Source: an uncultured Chloroflexia bacterium (GTDB lineage Bacteria; Chloroflexota; Chloroflexia; Thermomicrobiales; CFX8). Taken from it: 64,000 bases of DNA. The stretch spans positions 57,793-121,792 of the forward strand of contig CAVXOL010000014.1 in NCBI GenBank assembly GCA_963763325.1, written 5' to 3'. Positions 20,986-31,690 of the stretch are shown here, piece after piece; positions within the stretch are counted from its first letter, which is position 1, and each line of letters begins with the position of its first letter. The notes beneath the pieces were generated by a model. The model ran no database searches, had not been told where the DNA came from, and saw only the letters and a program-made list of their open reading frames with translations. A program made the translations under genes and the position numbers.

Positions 20986-22363
20986 TTACTCGGCGTTGGA
21001 GGAAGTGCTAGCAACACAATCCGCGACACGCAGCATCGCCGACAGGCTCCGCTCGACATCCTCATCCGTCGTCGCCCACGACGAGACGCTGATCCGCATC
21101 GCGGCCCGGCCCTGCCAGGTCGTCCCGCCGCACCAGCAGGTGCCGTCAGCCTGGATCGCGGCGATCACGCGGCGGGTGGTCGTCGTCGTCACCGAACGAG
21201 ACGAGCACCTGATTGAGCGTCACGTCGTTCAGGATCTCGTAGCCTGCCGATCTGGAGGCCGTCCGCGAAGCGGGACGCGTGGCGGCAGCAGCGCTCGATC
21301 AGGTCGGCCAGTCCCGAGCGACCCAGGGAGCGCAACGCCGCCCAGACCTCGATCCCGCGCGCCCGGCGCGACATCTCCGGCGTGTACTGGTCCGGCTCGC
21401 GGGTGTCGCTGGCGACGAGATAGCTGGCACTGGCCGCCATCGCCCGCCGCAGCGACTCGCCGTCGCGGACGATCGCGATCCCGCTGTCGTAGGGGACGTT
21501 GAGCCACTTGTGCGCATCGGTCGCCCACGAGTCGGCGGCATCGACACCGGCGACGAGGTGCGCGCGCGCTGGCGCTGCCGCCGCCCAGAGGCCGAACGCG
21601 CCATCGACGTGCAGCCACGCCCCGCTGCCCTCGATCCGCGCGGCAATCTCGCCAACCGGGTCGATCGCGCCGGTGTTGACGTTTCCGGCCTGCGCGCAGA
21701 CGATCGCAGGGCCATCGAAGCAGCGGCAGCGCATCCGCCAGCATCCGCCCCTGACGATCGACTGGCACCCTGCACCACCCGCTCGCGGCCGAAGCCGAGC
21801 AAGCCCAGCGCCTTGAAAATTGAAACATGCGCCTCGTCACCAACGACGACTGTCACCGGTGGCGCGCCGAACAGCCCATCCGATTCAACATCCCATCCTG
21901 CCCGATCGAGGACCGCGGTCCGCGCCGCCGCGAGACACGCGAAGTTCGCCATTGTCCCACCGGTGACGAAGCCGATCCCCGACTCAGCCGGCAGTTCGAG
22001 CACATCCAGCAACCAGCCGCGCGCGACCTCCTCAACCGCCGCGCCAACCGGCGAGACGAGCGACATCCCGGCATCGTTGTCCCAGGCCGTCGCCAGCCAG
22101 CTCGCCGCCAGCGCCGCCGGCAGCGTCCCGCCAACGACGAAGCCAAAGTAGCGCCCGCCAGCCGTCGCCGTCGTCGCTGGCGAGCCAACCTCATCCAACA
22201 GCGCGAGGATTGCGTCGGGATCACTCGGCCCATCTGGCAGCGGCCCGCCGAGTTTCGACAGCCGCGCGATGGCGTTGAGCGAAGGCGGAACATCGCGGTC
22301 ATCCAGGCCAGCAAGATAGCGGGCTGCACGGCTCGCCGCAGAACTCAGCAAACGGTCAGACAT
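20986..22363 (-). CDS. PLP-dependent (group II) amino-acid decarboxylase, frameshifted
   Basis: 'RYFGFVVGG', 'GFVTGGTMANF', 'QAGNVNTGAIDP', 'WLHVDGAFG', PLP lysine 'DAHKWLNVPYD'. Confidence 0.92.
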
Positions 22364-22666
22364 CGTCACTGAGCACCAGTTCGTAGTGCTGGACACGCTC
22401 CTCGAAGTCGATCAGCAATGCCGCCGCTTCATCTTCAACAACCGCACGTTCGATATCTGCACCCGCAAAACCCTGGATCGCCTCGATCGACTCCCACCAG
22501 GTGAAACGATGATCTCGACCTCTGTGCCAACCGGCCGCTGCAGCAATCTCGCGCCGCGATACCCGTCCATTCTCCGCAAGGTTGGAATAACCTGGTCCCG
22601 CAAGTGTTCGGCGTAGGCAGGTGCATTCGCGGCCGTCGCTCTCGCCGCCCAGACTCTGGCGATCAC
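22356..22666 (-). CDS. Antibiotic biosynthesis monooxygenase-like (dimeric alpha/beta barrel) protein
   Basis: 'MIARVWAAR..YAEHL..DGYRGARLL..' then, after a frameshift, 'TWWESIEAIQGFAGADIERAVVEDEAAALLIDFEERVQHYE'. Confidence 0.8.
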
Positions 22667-22946
22667 GACTTCCGCCGATCACAACCGTCCACGGGCGGAC
22701 TTCCCAGCGCGTGACAAGGCCGTTGGTCACGTACGGGTCGTTGCGGGCAAACTCCTCGACAACCGAGGCGTCGGCGGCGCGGAAGACGAGCAGCGCCCGG
22801 TCAACCGGGTCGGCCAGCGCACCGGCCAGCACGATCTCGCCCCGCTCGTAGGCGGCCATCGCGTGCTTCAAATGCTGGTCACGGTAAAGTGCGCGCTGCG
22901 CGACATAATCGTCGATGACATCGTAGAACAGAGCGAAGTACTGCAT
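22663..22946 (-). CDS. YciI-like protein
   Basis: 'RDQHL..GEIVLAGALADP..FARNDPYVTNGLVTRWEVRPW'; RBS AGGAG; stop inferred at the GTGA overlap with the next gene. Confidence 0.88.
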
Positions 22947-23049
22947 GTTGGCTCCTGTCCAAGATCCTCTGTCCGGATCATCAGCCTAGCACGCGAGCGC
23001 GTATCCTGTAGGGGAGACGACCGAGACAGCAACGGACGGAGGCAAGGCA

Positions 23050-23933
23050 GTGACATCACAAACCGGCGGACCAGCTTCACTTTGGGATCGTAACCGGACA
23101 GCATCGCCGTCCACTGGAGCAGATCGAGGAACATTGGCGCTTCGCCGAAGAGACCGGCTGGGACTCAGCCTGGGCCTTCGACCACTTCTTCTCACTGGGT
23201 CAGTCCGAGATGGATCAGACCCTCGAAGGTTGGACACTGCTGGCAGCGCTGGCGGCGAAGACATCCCGCGTCCAGCTTGGCCTGATGGTGACCGGCAACA
23301 CCCATCGCAACCCGGCCGTCCTCGCCAAGCAGGCCGTCACCGTCGATCACATCTCCAACGGCCGGCTGATCCTCGGAATCGGTGCCGGCTGGAACGAGCG
23401 CGAGCATCATGCCTATGGGATCGACTTTCCACCACCCCGCGAGCGCGTCGACCGGCTCGGCGAGGCGCTGGAGATGTTCCGGCTGCTGGAGACGCAGGAG
23501 CGGACGACCTTCAACGGCGACTACTACGCGCTCGACAACGCGCCGTTCGAGCCGAAGCCAGTCAACGGCCACATCCCAATCCTGATCGGAACGGCCGGCA
23601 AGCGGATGCTGCGCCACGTCGCGCGCTATGCCGACTTCTGGGACGGCGGCGAGGCATCCGATGCCTACGCCGCGAATGCCGAGCGGCTGCACACCATCTG
23701 TCGGGAGATCGGTCGCGATCCATCTGAGATCCGGCTCGTCTTCTCCGCCTATAGTCAGCCGCTCCAGTCGATCGACACCTTTCGAGACCACGTCATGCGC
23801 TACTACCGGATCGGCGTCCGGATGTTCCTGTTCAACACCCCATTCAGCACCCTCCCGCCCCTCTTCACCGAATCTCGCCGAGCGCGTTATCCCCGAGATA
23901 CGTGAGCAACACTCGGCAGGGGAGTTGGGATGA
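23050..23933 (+). CDS. LLM class (probably F420-dependent) flavin oxidoreductase, frameshifted
   Basis: 'GWDSAWAFDHF', 'EGWTLLAALAAKT..NTHRNPAVLAKQAVTVDHISNGRLILGIGAGWNEREH', 'PILIG..LRHVARYAD'. Confidence 0.9.
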
Positions 23934-23965
23934 GGAGTTCTCATTCGCGCTGCGGTCAGTATCCA

Positions 23966-24000
23966 CCCCTCCTGCGAAAGGGAAGGATTGGGGAGGAGTT
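23966..24000. repeat. Degenerate single copy of the CCCCTCC..GGGAGGGGTTGGGGAGG REP-like element
   Basis: CCCCTCCTGCGAAAGGGAAGGATTGGGGAGGAGTT aligns by eye with the right arm at 47759-47794. Confidence 0.5.
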
Positions 24001-24110
24001 GCAACGCACGAAACGCAAACGAGGACCAACTTCGTCCGCTTTCGATGCTATCGTCGTAGAGGCGATACATCGGCGTGTCGCCACGAAGCGCGAAGGTGGA
24101 AAGAGGTACG

Positions 24111-24630
24111 ATGCTCGCAAATGCGATCCGCAATATCTACGGCTACGACGAGTGGGCAACGGCAAAGATCTTCGCCGCGGCCGAAGGACTGACGGCAGAG
24201 CAAATTGACGCGCCGGGACCGATCCCACACGGAACGATTCGCCAGACACTGCTGCACCTGCTGATCGTCCACAAGCGCTTCCTCTGCATGGTGGGACGGG
24301 ACACTACCGGCCCAGCAGGCATACGGCCAGACTGCCAATCCCGCAGACTACCCGGACCTGACATCCGTCCGTGCGTTCTGGCAGCAGGTCGCCGAGCAGA
24401 CCCGCACGTTCGTGGGGGGCCTGAGCGATGACGACGCGGCGCGCCATCTCGCGACGACCGGCCCGGATGGCTCCGAGTTCGGCTTTCCGCTCTGGCAGAT
24501 GATGCAGCATGTCGCCAACCACAATACTCAGCACCGCAGCGAGATCGCTATCATGCTGACGGAGTTCGATTGCTCGCCCGGCGACGTCGACCTTGTCTTC
24601 TATCAAATGGCATCGCTCGCACACAATTAG
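24111..24630 (+). CDS. DinB family protein, frameshifted
   Basis: 'YDEWATAKIF..TIRQTLLHLL..WQMMQHVANHNTQHRSEIAIMLT..PGDVDL' (His triad). Confidence 0.88.
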
Positions 24631-24667
24631 CCGCTTTCCGTACCCACCGACCGCGTGAGAAGTGTGA

Positions 24668-24695
24668 CATGGTGTTGACGGTGATCGACACCATG
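24668..24695 (+). terminator. Hairpin downstream of the DinB gene
   Basis: CATGGTGTTGA-CGGTGA-TCGACACCATG, 11-bp stem with one G-U pair. Confidence 0.45.
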
Positions 24696-24965
24696 AATTG
24701 CGCATTTCTCATTCGAACATAACACTCAGGGATCGCTGCACAACTGGCCAGCACTTGGGATTGCGAATTTATCAGGGATTGACGGCAACATGTACAGTAG
24801 GTAGAGACCGATCACCTTCGCTTCAGTGGGGATTGGGTGAAGAGCGATCGTGTCATCCCGCGTTGCACTGGACAGACGTGGGCAAACCGGGGTGGCCTGA
24901 CGTAGCAGTCGGAAGGGGCTAGGGTTTGGAATCGACCAGATGGCGTATCACGGCCGAGACGACAG

Positions 24966-25214
24966 ATGGAGGAGTATGGCTTTACACCAACGGAACGACG
25001 AGTCGCCTGGCACCTGATGCGAGATATGGCGAACAAGGAGATCAGCCACGCGCTCGGCATCACCGAGCATACGGTCAAAGACCACCTGCGGGTGATGTAC
25101 CAGAAGGCACAGGTCAGAAGCAGGGTGGGGCTGGTTCTGGCACTCCTGCGGCTCGTCGATACCGAGGACGAGCCGCACCGGATGGCTGATCGAGGCAGAC
25201 GGCACGCGGCCTGA
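24966..25214 (+). CDS. Stand-alone LuxR/GerE-type HTH protein
   Basis: 'FTPTERRVAWHLMRDMANKEISHALGITEHTVKDHLRVMYQKAQVRSR'; no receiver or sensor domain. Confidence 0.8.
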   Translation: MEEYGFTPTERRVAWHLMRDMANKEISHALGITEHTVKDHLRVMYQKAQVRSRVGLVLALLRLVDTEDEPHRMADRGRRHAA

Positions 25215-25322
25215 TCCGCGATTCCCATCCAGACCGGACGCAACCGAGCGTACCAGTTGACATCTTAACCTCACAGGGCGCCGACCGACGGTCAGCCTCT
25301 TGAGGTGGTCGCTGTTCCTGCG

Positions 25323-25350
25323 ATCAGGGCGATAGAATAGTCGCTCTGAT
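25323..25350 (+). promoter_or_regulatory. Palindrome enclosing a -10-like hexamer upstream of the GNAT gene
   Basis: ATCAGGGCGA-TAGAATAG-TCGCTCTGAT (9/10 match between arms). Confidence 0.4.
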
Positions 25351-25382
25351 CCAGGACGGCAGCCATTGGTTCAAGAGGTGAT

Positions 25383-25907
25383 ATGACCGTACTCACATTG
25401 CGTGCCTACACGCAGCAATCTCCACTCCTTGAAGATGCGTTACGCATCTATGCGCGCGTCTGGCCAGACCGCGATCCCGAGGTCGCGCGCGAGACATTCA
25501 CGCGCTACGCCGGATATCCAGGCTTCAGCGGGTTCGTCGCGTTCGTCGATGACGAACCGGCCGGTGTCGGCTATGGCGCCACATCATCACCCGGCGTTCC
25601 GTGGCACGATCTCGTCGCGCCACGGCTTGGTCACGACCACCCGGCGCTACAGGACGCGTTTCGCATCGTTGAGTTGGCCGTCGTTGAGGAGCACCAGGGT
25701 AAGGGCATTGGCGGTCAGTTGCACGACCGGCTGCTCGCGACTCAGCCGTGCCCACGGGCGCTGATCTCAACCAACGTCACCAACCTGCGGGCACGAACCA
25801 TCTACGAGCGGCGCGGCTGGACCTATCTGCACACTGCCTTCGACGTACCGGACGATCCGCACCAGTACGTCATCATGGCGAAAGAGTTCGGCGCACAATC
25901 CAGTTAG
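25383..25907 (+). CDS. GNAT family N-acetyltransferase
   Basis: 'IVELAVVEEHQGKGIGGQL', 'NLRARTIYERRGW'; RBS GAGGTG. Confidence 0.92.
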   Translation: MTVLTLRAYTQQSPLLEDALRIYARVWPDRDPEVARETFTRYAGYPGFSGFVAFVDDEPAGVGYGATSSPGVPWHDLVAPRLGHDHPALQDAFRIVELAVVEEHQGKGIGGQLHDRLLATQPCPRALISTNVTNLRARTIYERRGWTYLHTAFDVPDDPHQYVIMAKEFGAQSS

Positions 25908-25915
25908 GGCTCAGG

Positions 25916-26824
25916 ATGCTTGAGAGTGGAGGACACCTGTCGCACGCGCTCGACTGGCCGGAACAGTTGCACGAAACGATTCAGGCGACGATCGGTGTCC
26001 CAGTCGCTGTCGAGCGGCTTAGCGGGATGAGCCTGAGTGGTGTCTGGCGCGTACGAGCCGCATCTGGCTCGCTCGTCGTCAAGTCCGGACCGTCAGCGTT
26101 CGAGGCAACCTTCTATGAAACGGTCGCGCCATCGCTCCGTGCTTCCGGCATCCCGATTCCTGACCTCTACCTGTCGCTGCACGAGCCAGCCCGTCACTGG
26201 CTCGTCATCGAGGACATCCCGCAGCCACTGCCGGCCCGACCGGTCGACGGATGGCAGCCGGACCAACGGATCATCGAGATTCTTGCCCGCCTCCACGCTG
26301 TGACCCGTGCCAATCCGCCCGACCTTTCCACAGCGCCAGTCCGCGGCTGGACCGACGAGATGACGTCCTCCGCGCTCGACTGTCTCCAACCGGCGGACGG
26401 AGCTACTCTCGCGCCTCTGCTCGCTCGCTTGCAGGACGAGAGCGCACCGATCTTCAGCGAATGGTGCTGGATATCGGGAGATCCGAACCCGCGCAACTGG
26501 GGGCTACGTGCCGGAGGATCGCCAGCGCTCTTCGACTGGGAGTTGTTCGGCCCCGGCATCCCAGCAACCGACCTCGCCATCATCGTCCCTGGCCTCGGCA
26601 CACCAGCCAACTTCGCAGACGTCGCAGCCGCCTACATCAACTCCCTCGATGGAGCGAGCCATTGGAGCGTTGAGACCCTCGCCCGCCAGGTCGCAATTGC
26701 CAAGGTCGCAACGATCATCCAGCTTCTCGATGGCCACTCTACCGGCAGCGCCAACGTCAGCAACGAACTCCTCGCGTGGCTGGCCGACACCGTACCAGCC
26801 TGGGTGGCGACGATCGCCAGATGA
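25916..26824 (+). CDS. Aminoglycoside phosphotransferase (APH/choline kinase) family protein
   Basis: 'LVVKS', 'WLVIEDIP', 'LARLH', Brenner-like 'ISGDPNPRNW', 'LFDWELFG..DLA'. Confidence 0.85.
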   Translation: MLESGGHLSHALDWPEQLHETIQATIGVPVAVERLSGMSLSGVWRVRAASGSLVVKSGPSAFEATFYETVAPSLRASGIPIPDLYLSLHEPARHWLVIEDIPQPLPARPVDGWQPDQRIIEILARLHAVTRANPPDLSTAPVRGWTDEMTSSALDCLQPADGATLAPLLARLQDESAPIFSEWCWISGDPNPRNWGLRAGGSPALFDWELFGPGIPATDLAIIVPGLGTPANFADVAAAYINSLDGASHWSVETLARQVAIAKVATIIQLLDGHSTGSANVSNELLAWLADTVPAWVATIAR

Positions 26825-26932
26825 CATCTCAACGGAATTCGCTGCTCATTTCACGATCCAGCGTCGACCGCCGTATGCTAATTGAGCAGAATCAACGATC
26901 CATCGTTGCTGGAAGAGGAAAGGGGATTGCCG

Positions 26933-27229
26933 ATGTCTTTCGTGATGATGATGCGCTGGGACGGCGTGACGCTCGAACAATACGATCGGGCGCTGAAGCT
27001 GGTCAGATGGGAGGAAGAACCGGCAGCAGGCGGCATCTTTCACGTGGCAACCCACGACGGCGATGCCCTGCGCGTCACCGACATCTGGGAGACGCCCGAG
27101 CACTTCCAGCAGTTTGTCGATCAACGATTGATGCCGGGTGTCGCGGAACTTGGACTCCCCGGTCAGCCAGTCGTTGAGATGTACCCAGCCCACCGAATCT
27201 TCGCGCCAGGCCCGATCCCGCAATCGTAA
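26933..27229 (+). CDS. Hypothetical protein, ABM-like ferredoxin fold
   Basis: 'GVTLEQYD..GGIFHVA..LRVTDIWETPEHFQQFVDQRLMP'; RBS GAAAGGGG. Confidence 0.75.
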   Translation: MSFVMMMRWDGVTLEQYDRALKLVRWEEEPAAGGIFHVATHDGDALRVTDIWETPEHFQQFVDQRLMPGVAELGLPGQPVVEMYPAHRIFAPGPIPQS

Positions 27230-27262
27230 GGTCGTTACGTCTCAACCCGATTATCGGAATCG

Positions 27263-27910
27263 CTACGACACGATCGTTGCATCAACCGCCGGCCGAACCG
27301 GTGGAAGATCGTACGGATCGACGAACGGCCCAGCGTCGCCAGATTGCCGGTTCCACTCGTGGTGGAACGCGGGAACGGCCACCGTCCGCTTGAGTTCGAA
27401 GTAGAGCGTCTTGTACGTCGTCGGGACTGCGCCAGCCTGTTCCAGCCGCCGCACGGCCGGGCCATCGTTCGGCTCGGCCGTAAACAGGCAGTCCTCAACG
27501 AGAAAGACCTCGCGGCCCATATCGAGCAATCCGAGCACCGATTGCAAGACACAGACATCTGTCTCCGATCCTGCGACGATCATCTGGTCACGCCCGAGCG
27601 CCTCGACTGCCTCACGAATCTCTGGCTCGGAGCAGAGGTTGAAGGTCTGCTTGACGAACCGGCCTCCTTCGGGCGGGAACACCCGCTCCAGCCGTTCCGG
27701 CAGCCAGCCATTGCGCTCGACCGGATACTCAAACGTCGCAATGATAGGGATCTCAAATGTCCTCGCCAGCATTATCAGGTGCTCGATCCGCGCCAGGATC
27801 GGCTCACGCTCCGCGTGCATCAGGTCAATGAAGAGCGGCTGGACATCGATCAGAATCAGCGCCGCCCGTTCCGGCTCGATGAATCGGCTGCCCATTGTCA
27901 TCCCTGCCAT
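27263..27910 (-). CDS. Isochorismatase family hydrolase
   Basis: 'ALILIDVQP', 'KQTFN', 'VAGSETDVCVLQS'. Confidence 0.9.
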   Translation of the reverse strand: MAGMTMGSRFIEPERAALILIDVQPLFIDLMHAEREPILARIEHLIMLARTFEIPIIATFEYPVERNGWLPERLERVFPPEGGRFVKQTFNLCSEPEIREAVEALGRDQMIVAGSETDVCVLQSVLGLLDMGREVFLVEDCLFTAEPNDGPAVRRLEQAGAVPTTYKTLYFELKRTVAVPAFHHEWNRQSGDAGPFVDPYDLPPVRPAVDATIVS

Positions 27911-27923
27911 CGTTCGCCTCCAC

Positions 27924-27959
27924 TTGACATCCAGCGCACTCTACAAGTTAGAGTGCGTG
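27924..27959 (+). promoter_or_regulatory. MerR-type promoter (19-bp spacer) with dyad symmetry
   Basis: TTGACA(27924)-N19-TAGAGT(27949); dyad CGCACTCTA-caagt-TAGAGTGCG. Confidence 0.6.
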
Positions 27960-28003
27960 CGAGACAATAGCGCCTCGCATCCGGCGTGGAAGGGAATCAA
28001 TCG

Positions 28004-28348
28004 ATGTCGCATCTGCCTGTCGCCTGCAGCCTGACCGCTACCGATCTCGCAGCCGTCAAAGCGCGCTACCGTGCCGCAGCCAGCCACTACCGCGCCACCG
28101 CGCGGATCACCGACAACCACGCCGAGATCTCACTGGCCGGCGACAAAACCGCTCTCCACGTCCTGCTGACCGAGATGATCGAGCGCGAGAACGCCTGCTG
28201 CCCATTCCTGAGCTTCACCGTCACTGAACGCAACGCAGGATACGACGTCCGGCTGAACGTTCTCACCAGCTCAGGGCTGGAGGACGACATTCTGCGCGAG
28301 TCAGTCAATGCCTTCTTCCCGTCCGCGACCTGGCTTGACGCAGCGTAA
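28004..28348 (+). CDS. Small Cys-motif hypothetical protein (ACSL ... E..CCPFL)
   Basis: 'LPVACSLT' and 'ERENACCPFLSF' pattern, which I recall in small proteins linked to MerR regulators. Confidence 0.75.
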   Translation: MSHLPVACSLTATDLAAVKARYRAAASHYRATARITDNHAEISLAGDKTALHVLLTEMIERENACCPFLSFTVTERNAGYDVRLNVLTSSGLEDDILRESVNAFFPSATWLDAA

Positions 28349-28354
28349 GACAAA

Positions 28355-28392
28355 TCAACGCCGTGCTCCAGACGAGTGGAGCGCAGCGTTGA
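28355..28392. terminator. Hairpin between convergent genes
   Basis: TCAACGCCGTGCTCCA-GACGAG-TGGAGCGCAGCGTTGA, imperfect stem. Confidence 0.6.
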
Positions 28393-28412
28393 CTGCTACC
28401 AATGGTTGGTTG

Positions 28413-31400
28413 TTACAACGCGATCGCGTCGGCCGCGACCGCCTTGACCTTGGCGTTGAAGCCCGGCACGTCCTCCTTGAGGATCGCGTCGAGCTTCTTG
28501 AGTTGCGTGTCGACCTTGCCGGAGAGGTCGGCGAAGACCTCGCGGGACTGCTCGGTCGGCTTGCCTTCCATCCCGTTGATCGAGCCGATCAGGGCGGCCA
28601 GCTTGGCGTTGAGCTTGACCGGGAAGTTGAGCGTGTCCTGGCCGGCCTTCGCCCGCCACTGGATCAGTTCCTCCTCGACCTCGCGCAGGCTGATCCTTGA
28701 GCGTCGTCGCCGGCCTTCGTGACGCCCTCATCACCCAGCCGCTCTGACCAGGCATCGACTTGCTTGCGGACGGCGCCGCATCTTGTTGACGCCCTCGTGC
28801 AGTTCGGAAAGCTTGTCCCGCACCTGCATCGCGAGCTCAAACCCCTCGCGGTAGTCGGAGGCGGTCGAGCCGGTGCGCGCGTCGGGCAGGAGCGCGAACT
28901 GCTGCGTCAGCGTCGTCCGCCCGTTGACGATCTCGACCTGGTACGAGCCGGGTGCCGCCTTCGGGCCGGTCGCGCCGCGCGCGAAGCCCATCGAGCCGGT
29001 ATCGTCCGGCACCTCGGTCGCGTTCGGGTAGCGCAGGTCCCAGACGAAGCGGTTGCCGCCCTGCTTGGCGGGGACAACCGGCGGCTTGATCCGGCCGGGG
29101 TTGTCCTTGAACTCCTTCTCGTCCGGCTCCTTGCTGGTGAACTCCCGGACTAGGTTGCCCTCGCCATCGAGAATTCGCAGCGTGATCGGATCCTTCGGCT
29201 CCTCGGTCAGGTGGTAGTTGATCAACACACCGTCCGGCGGGTTGTCACCGGCGTCGAGCGAGACCTTCTTCGGCTTGCCCTCAGCGGTCGTGACCTGCTC
29301 GAAGCTCGTGCTGAGGCCGCCTGCCGACTGGAAGTTCCGTCCCGGCACAACCTGGCTGCCGAAGCCGGGCCGACGCCCAGCGCTTCGATGTCGCGCGGCG
29401 CGAACAGGATCGTGCCGTTCTCGGTCACGGCACCTGTTGCGCGAGCTGCCGTAGCGGGGAGATGTCGTCCAGCATCCAGAACGAGCGGCCATGCGTGCCG
29501 ACAACCAGGTCGCCCTGCGCGATGACCAGGTCGTGGATCGGCACCAGCGGCAGGTTGAGTTGCAGCGGCTGCCAGTTGTCGCCCCGGTCGAACGAGACGT
29601 AGAGCCCGCTTCTCGGTCCCGGCGAAGAGCAGGTCATGCACCTCCGGGTCCTCGCGGATGACGCGGGTGAACTCGTCGTGGCGGGATGCCGGTGTTGATC
29701 GCCTGCCAGCTCGCGCCGAAGTCGTCGGTCCGCAGCAGGTAGGGCGCGTCGTCGTGCGACTTGTAGCGCGTCGCGGCCACGTAGCAGGTGCCGGCGTCGT
29801 GAAGCGCGACGGCTCGACGATCGAGATCAGCGCCCACTCCGGCAGCAGGTCCGGCCCCGGGGTGACGTTCTCCCAATTCCCGCCGTTGTCGCGCGAGAGG
29901 TAGATCAGCCCGTCGTCGGAGCCGGTCCAGATCAGCCCCTGCTCGACCGGCGATTCGGCGATGGCGAAGACCGTCGCGTAGGTCTCGGCGCCGGTGTTGT
30001 CCTTCGTGATCGGCCCGCCGGAGGCGACCCATCGTCTCCTCGTCGCCGCGCGTCAGGTCGAGGCGAGATCCGCTCCCAGGAGTGACCCTCGTTGGTGGTG
30101 CGGAAGACGTGGTTGCCGCCGTGGTAGAGGACGTTCGGGTCGTGCGGCGAGAAGACGGTCGGCGAGGTCCACTGGAAGCGGTACTTCATCTCGCTGGCCG
30201 CCGAGCCCAGCATCATCTCCGGCCAGACGGTGATCGACTTCGCCAGCCGTGACTTCGCGTCGTAGCGCGTCAGCAGCCCGCCGTAGGAGCCGGCGAAGAC
30301 GATATCCGGGTCATCCGGCTTGACGGCGATGTAGCCCGACTCGCCGCCACCGATCACGTACCACTCGCTGGTCGAGATCAAGCCGGTGTTCGAGCGGCTC
30401 GGGACCGACATCGTGGTGTTGTCCTGCTGCGCGCCGTAGACGCGGTACGGCTCGCGGTTGTCGACCGTCACATGGTAGAACTCGGCCGTCGGCTGGTTGA
30501 AGATCGTCGACCAGCTCGCCCCGCCCGTGAACCTGACCTCAGCGCCGCCGTCGTCTCCCAGGATGATCCGGTTGCGAGTCCTCGCGGGTCGATCCAGAAG
30601 TCGTGCGTGTCGCCGTGCTGGACGGGGACGTTCGCGAACGTCTTGCCGCCGTCGATCGAGCTGCCAGAGCGTAACGTTCAGAATCCAGACGACATCGGCA
30701 TCGTTCGGGTCGGCGTAGATGTGGTGGTAGTACCAGGCGCGGGTCCGCAGGTTGCGGTCCTCGCTGCCGCGCCGCCAGGTGTCGCCGTAGTCGTCGGAGA
30801 TGAACAGCGCGCCGTTCTCGTGCTCGACGATCGCGTAGACCCGCCCGGCCTGCGCGCCAGACGCCGAGATGCCGATTTTGCCCAGCACCCCCTCCTTCGG
30901 CAGGCCAGGGTTGCGCGAGATCTCGTCCAGTTGTCGCCGCCGTCAGTCGTCCGCCAGAGGCCGGAGTCCTCGCCGCCGGAGGACATGAAGTGCGGCCCGC
31001 GACTCGGCCTCCCAGATCGAGGCGTAGAGGATCCGCGGGTTGGTCGGGTCCATCGACAGATCGACCGCGCCGGCCTTGCTGCTCTTGAACAGCACGTTCG
31101 TCCAGCGTCTTGCCGCCATCGGTCGAGCGGTAGACGCCGCGCTCCGTGGTTCGTCGCCCCAGACGTGCCCCAAGCGCCGCGACGTAGACGATGTCCGGGT
31201 TGGTCGGATGAATCTGGATCTCGCCGATGTTCTGCGTCTCTCCAGCCCCATGTGCTGCCAGGTCCGCCCGGCATCGGTCGGACTTGTAGACGCCATCACC
31301 ACGCGAGACGTTGCCGCGAATGCTCGTCTCGCCCATCCCGGCGTAGATCACGTTCGGATCGGACGCCGCGACCTGCCAACGCCCCGACCGACGCGCTACT

Positions 31401-31603
31401 TGAAGAACCCGTCCGAGACGTTGCGCCAGCTCTTACCGCCATCCTTCGTCTTCCAGACGCCACCGCCGGTCGAGCCGAAGTAGAAACGTCTGCTTGTCAA
31501 CCGGATCACCGGCGACCGCCACGACACGTCCGCCCCGATGCGGCCCGATACAGCGATACTCCATCCCCCCGTACAACGCCGGATTGATCTTCGTCTCTGC
31601 CAT
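28413..31603 (-). CDS. VPS10/BNR (Asp-box) repeat glycosyl hydrolase-like beta-propeller protein, many frameshifts
   Basis: '[15 protein letters not shown]', repeated Asp-boxes ('WKTKDGG', 'RSTDGG', 'SDDYGDTW', 'RTTNEGHSW', 'TDDFGASW'), 'YGAQQDN', 'YRFQWTSP', 'VGTHGRSFW'; no signal peptide. Confidence 0.9.
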
Positions 31604-31690
31604 GCGCGCTCCTTCCTCCCTGCCTACACGGGACCGCTTCCGTCAGGGATTCTAGACCAGGTATCCAGTTGACCTGGTCCTCGCTGGCGG

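Noticed and set aside
22356-22946. Apparent 196-aa YciI-ABM fusion in the ORF track
   Set aside because: The ABM N-terminus is in another frame with its own GTG start; two indels explain the chimera
24879-24925. GGGCAAACC...GACG resembling a c-di-GMP-I riboswitch
   Set aside because: No GNRA-capped P2 stem, no GCAAAG junction and no P3 receptor
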